A stretch of 11,080 nt of DNA from a virus, in the UHGV virus genome UHGV-0230593; one strand, given 5' to 3'. Positions 1 to 6,266 of the stretch are shown here, in pieces; position 1 is the first letter of the stretch; each line of letters begins with the position of its first letter. A program made the position numbers and the translations under genes. The notes under the pieces are model-generated. The model saw only the letters and a program-made list of their open reading frames with translations, ran no database searches and was not told the origin of the DNA.

Positions 1-5
1 AGGCT

Positions 6-161
6 ATGAAGCAGCAAAAGGCGATGTTAATCGCCCTGATCGTCATCTGTTTAACCGTCATAGTGACGGCACTGGTAACGAGGAAAGACCTCTGCGAGGT
101 ACGAATCCGAACCGGCCAGACGGAGGTCGCTGTCTTCACAGTCTACGAACCTGAGGAGTAA
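6..161 (+). CDS. hokD: Hok/Gef-family type I toxin (small membrane-killing peptide), HokD/RelF-like
   Basis: ATG at 6, TAA at 159-161; 51-aa translation MKQQKAMLIALIVICLTVIVTALVTRKDLCEVRIRTGQTEVAVFTVYEPEE has the single hydrophobic TM segment plus conserved C-terminal Cys and charged tail typical of Hok peptides; I recall it as near-identical to K-12 Qin HokD. The upstream mok/sok regulatory region would lie left of the window. Confidence 0.85.
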   Translation: MKQQKAMLIALIVICLTVIVTALVTRKDLCEVRIRTGQTEVAVFTVYEPEE

Positions 162-230
162 GAGACCAGGCGGGGGAGAAATCTCCAGCCACCTCTGATG
201 TGTCAGGCATCCTCAACGCACCCGCACTTA

Positions 231-250
231 ACCCGCTTCGGCGGGTTTTT
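231..250 (+). terminator. Rho-independent terminator downstream of hok
   Basis: Hairpin CCCGC(232-236)-TTCG-GCGGG(241-245) followed by TTTTT (246-250). Confidence 0.7.
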
Positions 251-262
251 GCATTAGTCTGG

Positions 263-294
263 TTGACAAAAACAGGAAAATGCGAAAATATAAG
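263..294 (+). promoter_or_regulatory. Putative sigma70 promoter for the 327..2061 operon
   Basis: TTGACA at 263-268 (perfect -35), then A/T-rich candidate -10 hexamers (AAATAT / TATAAG, 286-294) at 17-20 bp spacing, about 35 bp upstream of the ATG at 327. The -10 assignment is ambiguous. Confidence 0.35.
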
Positions 295-326
295 GTTTAC
301 GAATTCTAAAAAAAGCGAAACTTGAA

Positions 327-977
327 ATGAATGAAAATCAGTTAGCTCCTTGTTGGGAATTTCAACCTTATCTTGCTGAAAGCAATGTTCGCCAGTTGTT
401 GGCGGAGATCGCTAACGTACTTGAGCAGTTGTACTATCATAAGCACGTATTAGACAGCAACTGGTCTGAAGGTGTAAGGGCTTATGATTGGGTCAGAAAC
501 CATCTTATTCAAAATGAAGGCGCAATTCCTGGTCTTAAGATGATTTCCAAGGGGTTGGACTATGTAGTTGCTTTAAATAAAGTTCCGCTACAATTTACCA
601 AAGATTGCATTAATAACCCCAAAAAGAAACATCGCCTGCGTCGAAATAAAGTAGAGCATGAGCAGCTTTCATTGTTTGGTGATGTTGAGGCTGAGCAAGA
701 TATTACATGGCGAGTCATAGCGGAGCCATTTTTATCCGAAGAGGGAGATGGTGAATTAGAGTCCACACTGCCTCGTTGGGAGGTGGCTCTTGTTGGGTTT
801 AATATCTATGGTGCTCAGATTAGTATGGTTTCTCATCAATCTACAGCATCAATGCCACTTATGCCCCTTGACGGTAACACACTCCCTGGCGAAGCGGAGA
901 TTAATAAGGTGTCTCTTCGTCGGCGTACGAAGGATAAAATTTTGGATGTGAGCAGTAATGGAACATCAGGTGAATAA
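327..977 (+). CDS. Hypothetical protein, 216 aa, no family recognised; first gene of a two-gene cargo module
   Basis: ATG at 327, TAA at 975-977; uninterrupted ORF in a ~40% GC region flanked by ~52-55% GC prophage DNA; its last 20 nt overlap the start of the next gene (likely translational coupling). Contains an R-N-x3-H motif (RRNKVEH, nt 639-659). Confidence 0.7.
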   Translation: MNENQLAPCWEFQPYLAESNVRQLLAEIANVLEQLYYHKHVLDSNWSEGVRAYDWVRNHLIQNEGAIPGLKMISKGLDYVVALNKVPLQFTKDCINNPKKKHRLRRNKVEHEQLSLFGDVEAEQDITWRVIAEPFLSEEGDGELESTLPRWEVALVGFNIYGAQISMVSHQSTASMPLMPLDGNTLPGEAEINKVSLRRRTKDKILDVSSNGTSGE

Positions 978-2061
978 CTTCACTGAGTATCGAGGCGATA
1001 AGCTCAAACTAGCAAGAATGGCTGTTGGGCTTTCATGTGAAGAGTTGGCCGAAAAAATTGGCAAAACAAAACAATTCGTTAGCAAATTGGAGAAGGGATT
1101 TAGGCCATCAGAGCAATGCCTGGAGTTAATAGCCTCAGCTCTTATGATTAAGCCCGATTTTCTATTTACTGAGCGAAAATATGCTCTGGAAAGCGATGTT
1201 TGCCATTTTCGGAGTAAGAAGTCCAGGACTCAAACGCTGACTAATAGTGTCTTGGCCAGGGCTGAGATTCTTAATATTATAATTTCTGCTGTTGAAGGTG
1301 AAATCGAATTCCCTGATGTCAACATACCAGAGCACCCAGGAACTGAATTACTTACCCCGAATGATATTGAGCGAGTGGCAGAAGATTGTCGCCGTGCATG
1401 GAATCTAGGTCTTGGCCCTATATCATCAATGGTGAAATTGGCGGAGAGTTTGGGGGTAATCGTTGCGCATGTTACGGGAGTCGATGATCGTGTTGATGCA
1501 TTCACTGTTCACAATAACAGGCCTGTTATTATCAGGAACAATGTAAAAAAAAGCATATGTAGATTTCGCTCTGATTTAGGTCATGAGTTAGGGCATTTAG
1601 TAATGCATGAGGGCATAACTACTGGTGATAAACTTACGGAATCACAAGCTGATCACTTTTCTAGCGCCTTATTGGTTCCTAGGCTATCTTTCATTAAAGA
1701 ATTTCCACGAATACGAGGTAAGCAATTCGATTGGAGTGCTCTGGTTGAATTTAAGCTTAGATGGAAAATTAGCCTTAAAATGTGTATTTATCGAGCCAGT
1801 GCATTAGGACTATTGACCCAGGAACAGGCAAGAACTGGCTATATGCATCTTAATTCTAGAGGGTACACGAGAGTTGAACCAGGTGATGAACTTTTGCGCC
1901 ACGAAGAACCAAGTATGCTGTCCGAAGCGATTGACATGCTGGATGATGCAACTTGGTTAAGAATTCTTATGAAAACTGGCTTGAGTCAAGATTTAATTCG
2001 TGAGTTGTTCTCCATCAATCGACCTATTACAAATCCAAGAAATATTTTTCAGATTGTTTGA
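958..2061 (+). CDS. Fused XRE-family HTH / ImmA-IrrE (COG2856-type) zinc metallopeptidase, 367 aa
   Basis: ATG at 958 overlapping the upstream ORF; N-terminal HTH_3-like segment (LARMAVGLSCEELAEKIGKTKQFVSKLEKG...); central HEXXH motif HELGHLVMHEG (nt 1582-1596) in a context typical of ImmA/IrrE peptidases; stop TGA 2059-2061. The true start could be an internal Met (M21). Confidence 0.8.
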   Translation: MEHQVNNFTEYRGDKLKLARMAVGLSCEELAEKIGKTKQFVSKLEKGFRPSEQCLELIASALMIKPDFLFTERKYALESDVCHFRSKKSRTQTLTNSVLARAEILNIIISAVEGEIEFPDVNIPEHPGTELLTPNDIERVAEDCRRAWNLGLGPISSMVKLAESLGVIVAHVTGVDDRVDAFTVHNNRPVIIRNNVKKSICRFRSDLGHELGHLVMHEGITTGDKLTESQADHFSSALLVPRLSFIKEFPRIRGKQFDWSALVEFKLRWKISLKMCIYRASALGLLTQEQARTGYMHLNSRGYTRVEPGDELLRHEEPSMLSEAIDMLDDATWLRILMKTGLSQDLIRELFSINRPITNPRNIFQIV

Positions 2062-2066
2062 GCATA

Positions 2067-2090
2067 CCCGCTACGGCGGGTTTTGTTTTT
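2067..2090 (+). terminator. Rho-independent terminator after the HTH-peptidase gene
   Basis: Hairpin CCCGC(2067-2071)-TACG-GCGGG(2076-2080) followed by TTTTGTTTTT; almost the same hairpin as the hok terminator at 231-250. Confidence 0.7.
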
Positions 2091-2163
2091 TCCGGGCTTT
2101 TTGGTTTACAATCCGCACGCCAGCCTGAACAACTGGCACCTGCTGCGCCAGCAGAGAAAAACG

Positions 2164-2442
2164 ATGGCGCACAATACCAAATCACACAATTCTGATAATT
2201 CAGCCGTCTTTGCCAGCAGGCACGGGCGGCGTTTGCACGCATTTAAAACTCGCTGGTATCAGCACCCTCCATGCACTGAAGAACAGGCTGAATGGCTAAT
2301 TCAGAGCTACCGCAGACGTGGCTATGAGGTTCAGAAAGATCTCAGCCTCGACCGACTGCACTGGATAATCTCTGTGAGGCTCCCTTACTCCGAGCGCCCA
2401 CCGCGTCCATCCCGCACATTCCAGCAACGTATCTGGAGGTAA
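2164..2442 (+). CDS. Hypothetical small protein (92 aa) in the position occupied by rem in K-12 Qin
   Basis: ATG at 2164, downstream of the terminator and a weak AGAGAAA RBS; the 2083 start in the ORF track is a TTG inside the terminator T-run and is unlikely. Basic, His/Arg-rich product; no family recognised. Confidence 0.4.
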   Translation: MAHNTKSHNSDNSAVFASRHGRRLHAFKTRWYQHPPCTEEQAEWLIQSYRRRGYEVQKDLSLDRLHWIISVRLPYSERPPRPSRTFQQRIWR

Positions 2443-2443
2443 C

Positions 2444-3493
2444 GTGCGGGTATTACTTCGACCTGTTCTTGTGCCAGAACTCGGGCTGGTGATCGTTAAG
2501 CCGGGCCATGAATCCATGCCGGTATTCCAAAATACCCGGGTACTGGTGGAGCCGGAACCGAAAAGCATGCGTAATCTGCCGTCCGGGGTCGTTCCTGCCG
2601 TTCGCCAGCCGCTGGCGGAGGATAAATCATTACTGCCATTTTTCAGCGACGAACGAGTGATTCGTGCTGCTGGTGGCGCTGGCGCATTGTCTGACTGGTT
2701 ACTGCGCCATGTTAAATCCTGCCAGTGGCCACACGGCGATTATCACCACAGTGAAACCGTCATTCACCGTTATGGCGCTGGCGCGATGGTGTTGTGCTGG
2801 CACTGTGACAACCAGCTGCGTGACCAGACATCCGAATCACTCGGGCAACTTGCTCATCAAAACCTGTCAGCATGGATGATTGACGTCATACGCCATGCAA
2901 TGAATGGCACGCAGGAGCGGGAATTGTCGCTGGCTGAATTATCCTGGTGGGCGGTCTGCAATCAGGTGGCGGACGCGCTTCCGGAGGCAGTATTACGTCG
3001 TTCTCTGGGGTTACGTGCGGAAAAAATCCGCTCGGTGTATCGCGAAAGCGACATCATACCGGGAGAGCAGACCGCCACCAGCATACTGAAGCAGCGCACA
3101 AAAAATATTGCGCCGCCGTCTCACGCCCGCCAGCAACAGAACCCACCACAGGAAAAGACGGTGGTATGCATCACCGTTGATCCGGAGTCTCCGGAATCTT
3201 TCATGAGGCGACCTAAACGTCGCCGTTGGGTAAATGAGAAATATACGCGCTGGGTGAAGACACAGCCGTGTGCGTGTTGTGGTCAGCCAGCCGACGATCC
3301 CCATCACCTGATTGGTCACGGTCAGGGAGGGATGGGAACAAAGGCCCACGATATTTTCACGCTACCGTTGTGCCGGGAACATCACAACGAACTTCATGCG
3401 GATCCGCTGGCGTTCGAAGAAAAGCATGGTTCTCAGATTGATTTAATTTTTCGTTTTCTTGATCACGCCTTTGCAACTGGCGTGCTTGGGTAA
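2444..3493 (+). CDS. ydfU: DUF968-family prophage protein (YdfU-like), 349 aa, with Cys/His clusters
   Basis: GTG at 2444 preceded by GGAGGT (2435-2440); TAA 3491-3493. Length and position (upstream of rusA and Q) match YdfU-type proteins; C-terminal CxCC...HH...C..HH cluster (aa 276-318, nt 3269-3397). Confidence 0.75.
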   Translation: MRVLLRPVLVPELGLVIVKPGHESMPVFQNTRVLVEPEPKSMRNLPSGVVPAVRQPLAEDKSLLPFFSDERVIRAAGGAGALSDWLLRHVKSCQWPHGDYHHSETVIHRYGAGAMVLCWHCDNQLRDQTSESLGQLAHQNLSAWMIDVIRHAMNGTQERELSLAELSWWAVCNQVADALPEAVLRRSLGLRAEKIRSVYRESDIIPGEQTATSILKQRTKNIAPPSHARQQQNPPQEKTVVCITVDPESPESFMRRPKRRRWVNEKYTRWVKTQPCACCGQPADDPHHLIGHGQGGMGTKAHDIFTLPLCREHHNELHADPLAFEEKHGSQIDLIFRFLDHAFATGVLG

Positions 3494-3505
3494 AAGAGGT
3501 GACTG

Positions 3506-3865
3506 ATGCTCATAGATTTGGTTTTACCTTACCCGCCGACGGTGAACACTTACTGGCGACGCCGTGGCAGCACATATTTTATCTCGGAGGAGGGAAAGCG
3601 TTATCGCCGGGCTGTGGCGCTTATTGTTCGCCAGCAGCGGCTGAAATTAAGCCTGTCCGGAAGGCTGGTGATAAAGGTGATTGCAGAGCCACCGGATAAG
3701 CGTCGTCGCGACCTGGACAACATTCTGAAAGCACCGCTGGATGCGCTGACGCATGCGGGAGTGCTCATTGATGACGAGCAGTTTGATGAAATCAATATTG
3801 TACGTGGTCAGCCAGTATCTGGTGGACGGCTGGGTGTGAAGATTTACAAAATTGAGAGTGAGTGA
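3506..3865 (+). CDS. rusA: RusA-family Holliday junction resolvase
   Basis: ATG at 3506 with AAGAGG RBS (3494-3499); 119-aa translation ...LPYPPTVNTYWRRRG...DKRRRDLDNILKAPLDALTHAGVLIDDEQ... carries the RusA catalytic Asp-rich signature and RusA length. Confidence 0.9.
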   Translation: MLIDLVLPYPPTVNTYWRRRGSTYFISEEGKRYRRAVALIVRQQRLKLSLSGRLVIKVIAEPPDKRRRDLDNILKAPLDALTHAGVLIDDEQFDEINIVRGQPVSGGRLGVKIYKIESE

Positions 3866-3873
3866 GCGTAAAT

Positions 3874-4404
3874 ATGATATATCCGGAAATTACAGGCAAA
3901 AGCGGCGAACATTTACGCCTGAACACGCTGGAAGCAGTCTGGAGCCAGGGGAAATTACGGATGTGGGGGCGGTGGTCGTATATCGGTGGGGGTAAATCCG
4001 GAAATATGTTTAACCGGTTACTGGTTTCGAAAAAGCTGACGAAAACAGCAGTTAATGAGGTTTTGCGCAGAATGAAGAAATCCGGGCTGGAAAAACCGGA
4101 ACTTGAGGCATTTTTTCGGGATATGACAAGAGGAAAGCAGAAGAGCTGGTTGTCACATTGTACAGACACAGAGGCGTTGATTATTGATCGCGTTATCAGT
4201 AAGGTGCTTGGGGAATATCCCGGGCTAATCAATATTCTCCGGCAAAGGTACGAAGGACGGGGAATGAGTAAGAGAAAAATGGCAGAATGTTTAAATCGTA
4301 CTCACCCGGAATGGTGTTTCAGCACATGTGAGAAACGTATTGCAGGTTGGTTAGCCGTGGCTGAACACATGCTTTATGTACCTATGCACGATTCATTTCG
4401 ATAA
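3874..4404 (+). CDS. Late-gene antiterminator Q-like protein (176 aa from ATG 3874; alternative GTG start 3862 overlapping the rusA stop)
   Basis: Position immediately downstream of rusA and upstream of a promoter/terminator pair and the late/lysis genes; Cys/His-containing basic protein with a WGRWS-type segment reminiscent of Q proteins. Family assignment is by synteny plus weak motif recall. Confidence 0.55.
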   Translation: MIYPEITGKSGEHLRLNTLEAVWSQGKLRMWGRWSYIGGGKSGNMFNRLLVSKKLTKTAVNEVLRRMKKSGLEKPELEAFFRDMTRGKQKSWLSHCTDTEALIIDRVISKVLGEYPGLINILRQRYEGRGMSKRKMAECLNRTHPEWCFSTCEKRIAGWLAVAEHMLYVPMHDSFR

Positions 4405-4499
4405 AAAAAGCTTGCTTTTTTACGCAGAAACAGCTTGAATTCCTGTAAGCTTCGCAAAGCTGTATCGCGAGGCGAAATGCAAGTTTTTTCGCACAAGGA
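4405..4499 (+). promoter_or_regulatory. Candidate late promoter (PR'-like) / Q-utilisation region
   Basis: Intergenic A/T-rich stretch right after Q with TTGCTT (4412-4417) and TTGAAT (4435-4440) hexamers and a small hairpin AGCTT-CGCA-AAGCT (about 4447-4460), followed by a strong terminator; in lambdoid phages qut overlaps PR' here. Exact -10/-35 not resolved. Confidence 0.4.
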
Positions 4500-4524
4500 A
4501 GCCACCGGAAGGTGGTTTTTTTTG
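4500..4524 (+). terminator. tR'-like intrinsic terminator (target of Q antitermination)
   Basis: Hairpin CCACC(4502-4506)-GGAA-GGTGG(4511-4515) followed by eight T (4516-4523). Confidence 0.65.
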
Positions 4525-4646
4525 TGTCCGTAATATACAGCAGCGCAATAAATTCGCTGGTGGTCATTAATACCGTTCTTTCAGGTTGCTGGCTTTTTCG
4601 ACAAGAGTTATTGGTGTGTCACGTTAACCGGAAAAGGGAAAAAGAC

Positions 4647-4844
4647 ATGCTGAAACAGCAGGATATGACAGAAACCGCCAGAGTGGTGTTTAATGAATTA
4701 AGCGTCACCGAACCGGCGACAGTCGGGGAGATAGCGCAGAATACTTACCTTTCACGCGAACGCTGCCAGTTAATACTGACCCAGCTGGTTATGGCGGGTC
4801 TGGCAGACTATCAGTTCGGTTGTTACAGACGCCTTCCGCAGTGA
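4647..4844 (+). CDS. Small hypothetical protein (65 aa), possible winged-helix DNA-binding protein
   Basis: ATG at 4647 with AAGGGA RBS (4634-4639); translation MLKQQDMTETARVVFNELSVTEPATVGEIAQNTYLSRERCQLILTQLVMAGLADYQFGCYRRLPQ has an HTH-like pattern; the stop (4842-4844) lies inside a terminator hairpin. Confidence 0.55.
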   Translation: MLKQQDMTETARVVFNELSVTEPATVGEIAQNTYLSRERCQLILTQLVMAGLADYQFGCYRRLPQ

Positions 4845-4858
4845 AGGCTTTTTTATTT
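4831..4858 (+). terminator. Rho-independent terminator
   Basis: GCCTTC(4831-4836)-CGCAGT-GAAGGC(4843-4848) followed by TTTTTTATTT. Confidence 0.65.
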
Positions 4859-4871
4859 GTGGTAAATGGGC

Positions 4872-4902
4872 GGCTGGTGGGTGTTAGGGGCACCCACCAG
4901 CC
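4872..4902. promoter_or_regulatory. Perfect 12-bp inverted repeat (stable stem-loop) of unknown function
   Basis: GGCTGGTGGGTG (4872-4883) - TTAGGGG - CACCCACCAGCC (4891-4902); no T-run follows on either strand. Confidence 0.4.
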
Positions 4903-4994
4903 ATCTGCTCATGCGTTGGGTTCACAAGCAAACCTCAGGCCCACTGCTTTGCGCAAAAGCAGAATGAGCCTATCAGAGACAGGCTTAATGATCC

Positions 4995-6053
4995 ATGCTT
5001 AATACTGTAAAAATATCCAGTTGTGAGTTAATCAACGCCGACTGCCTTGAATTTATCCGGTCGTTACCCGAAAATTCTGTTGACCTGATAGTCACGGACC
5101 CGCCGTACTTTAAAGTGAAGCCTGAGGGCTGGGATAACCAGTGGAAGGGCGACGATGATTACCTGAAGTGGCTGGACCAGTGTCTGGCGCAGTTCTGGCG
5201 GGTGCTGAAACCTGCCGGAAGTCTTTACCTGTTCTGTGGTCATCGCCTGGCATCTGATATCGAAATCATGATGCGTGAACGCTTCAGTGTGCTGAACCAT
5301 ATTATCTGGGCGAAGCCGTCCGGACGCTGGAACGGATGCAACAAGGAAAGCCTGCGGGCGTATTTCCCAGCCACAGAGCGCATTCTGTTCGCGGAACATT
5401 ATCAGGGGCCGTATCGTCCGAAAGATGCCGGGTATGAGGCGAAGGGCAGGGCACTGAAACAGCATGTGATGGCCCCGCTGATTGCTTACTTTCGTGATGC
5501 GCGTGCTACCCTGGGGATAACGGCAAAACAGATTGTGGATGCCACAGGAAAGAAAAACATGGTGTCGCACTGGTTCAGTGCCAGCCAGTGGCAGTTACCG
5601 AACGAGGATGATTACAGAAAACTTCAGGTGCTGTTTGCCCGGGTGGCAGAAGAGAAACATCAGCGGGGTGAACTGGAAAAGTCACATCACCAACTGGTCA
5701 GCACATACAGTGAGCTGAACAGGCAGTATGCCAGCCTGCTGGAAGAGTACAAATCACTGCGGCGTTATTTTTCCGTATCGGCAGCCGTTCCTTATACGGA
5801 TGTCTGGACGCACAAGCCTGTGCAGTATTATCCGGGCAAACATCCCTGTGAAAAACCGGCAGATATGTTGCGGCAAATGATTACCGCCAGCAGTCGTCCG
5901 GGTGACCTGGTTGCAGATTTCTTCATGGGGTCCGGTTCGACAGTCAAAGCAGCGATGGCGCTGGGGCGTCGTGCAATTGGTGTCGAGCTGGAGGCTGAAC
6001 GTTTTGAGCAGACCGCAATGGATGTACAGAATTTAATCAGAAAGAGAGAGTGA
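4995..6053 (+). CDS. DNA methyltransferase, beta-class amino-MTase (N6-adenine or N4-cytosine), orphan
   Basis: ATG 4995, TGA 6051-6053; N-terminal catalytic motif IV DPPY (LIVTDPPYF) and C-terminal AdoMet motif I FxGxG (DFFMGSGSTVKAA); motif order IV...I defines the beta class. No restriction endonuclease ORF adjacent. Confidence 0.9.
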   Translation: MLNTVKISSCELINADCLEFIRSLPENSVDLIVTDPPYFKVKPEGWDNQWKGDDDYLKWLDQCLAQFWRVLKPAGSLYLFCGHRLASDIEIMMRERFSVLNHIIWAKPSGRWNGCNKESLRAYFPATERILFAEHYQGPYRPKDAGYEAKGRALKQHVMAPLIAYFRDARATLGITAKQIVDATGKKNMVSHWFSASQWQLPNEDDYRKLQVLFARVAEEKHQRGELEKSHHQLVSTYSELNRQYASLLEEYKSLRRYFSVSAAVPYTDVWTHKPVQYYPGKHPCEKPADMLRQMITASSRPGDLVADFFMGSGSTVKAAMALGRRAIGVELEAERFEQTAMDVQNLIRKRE

Positions 6054-6093
6054 TATTGCTGAATTTATTCTGTAACGTTATCATTATGTTATC

Positions 6094-6169
6094 GGCCCTT
6101 TAGCTCAGTGGTGAGAGCGAGCGACTCATAATCGCCAGGTCGCTGGTTCAAATCCAGCAAGGGCCACCA
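6094..6169 (+). tRNA. ileZ: tRNA-Ile (anticodon CAT, lysidine-type, reads AUA)
   Basis: 76-nt cloverleaf: acceptor GGCCCTT/AAGGGCC, D-arm GCTC...GAGC, anticodon loop CTCATAA (CAT at 6127-6129), T-loop TTCAAAT, 3' CCA. Near-identical to E. coli tRNA-Ile2 from memory; same triad as the Stx-phage ileZ-argN-argO cluster. Confidence 0.85.
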
Positions 6170-6176
6170 TCACATA

Positions 6177-6253
6177 CCGCCATTAGCTCATCAGGACAGA
6201 GCGCCAGCCTTCGAAGCTGGTTGCGCGGGGGTCGGGTCCCCGATGGCGGTCCA
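6177..6253 (+). tRNA. argN: tRNA-Arg (anticodon TCG), atypical T-loop
   Basis: Acceptor CCGCCAT/ATGGCGG, D-stem GCTC/GAGC, anticodon stem CCAGC/GCTGG with loop CTTCGAA (TCG at 6211-6213), T-stem CGGGG/CCCCG with non-canonical T-loop GTCGGGT, discriminator T, CCA. Confidence 0.65.
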
Positions 6254-6266
6254 TTATCGGTATTCA

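Noticed and set aside
560-1505. Antisense ORFs 560..766 (-) and 1230..1505 (-) inside the cargo-module genes
   Set aside because: Fully embedded antisense in longer, better-supported + strand ORFs; no RBS; low-complexity Ser/Thr/Arg-rich translations typical of spurious frames.
2083-2163. Extended TTG start at 2083 for the small ORF ending at 2442
   Set aside because: The TTG lies inside the terminator T-run of the upstream operon; the internal ATG at 2164 is more plausible, though the gene itself remains low confidence.
2664-3349. Small ORFs (2664..2879 +, 2904..3089 +, 2947..3180 +, 3011..3349 -) and 2296..2568 (-)
   Set aside because: Alternative-frame or antisense ORFs nested within the 349-aa DUF968 gene, which has the RBS and a coherent Cys/His-cluster product.
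4820-5002. ORF 4820..5002 (+) upstream of the methyltransferase
   Set aside because: Spans a terminator and the 12-bp inverted-repeat hairpin, has no RBS, and gives a low-complexity product; more likely structured leader or regulatory DNA.
5064-5718. ORFs 5064..5570 (-) and 5533..5718 (+) inside the methyltransferase gene
   Set aside because: Embedded in the MTase ORF, whose frame carries the DPPY and FxGxG motifs; the alternatives have no start signals or motifs.
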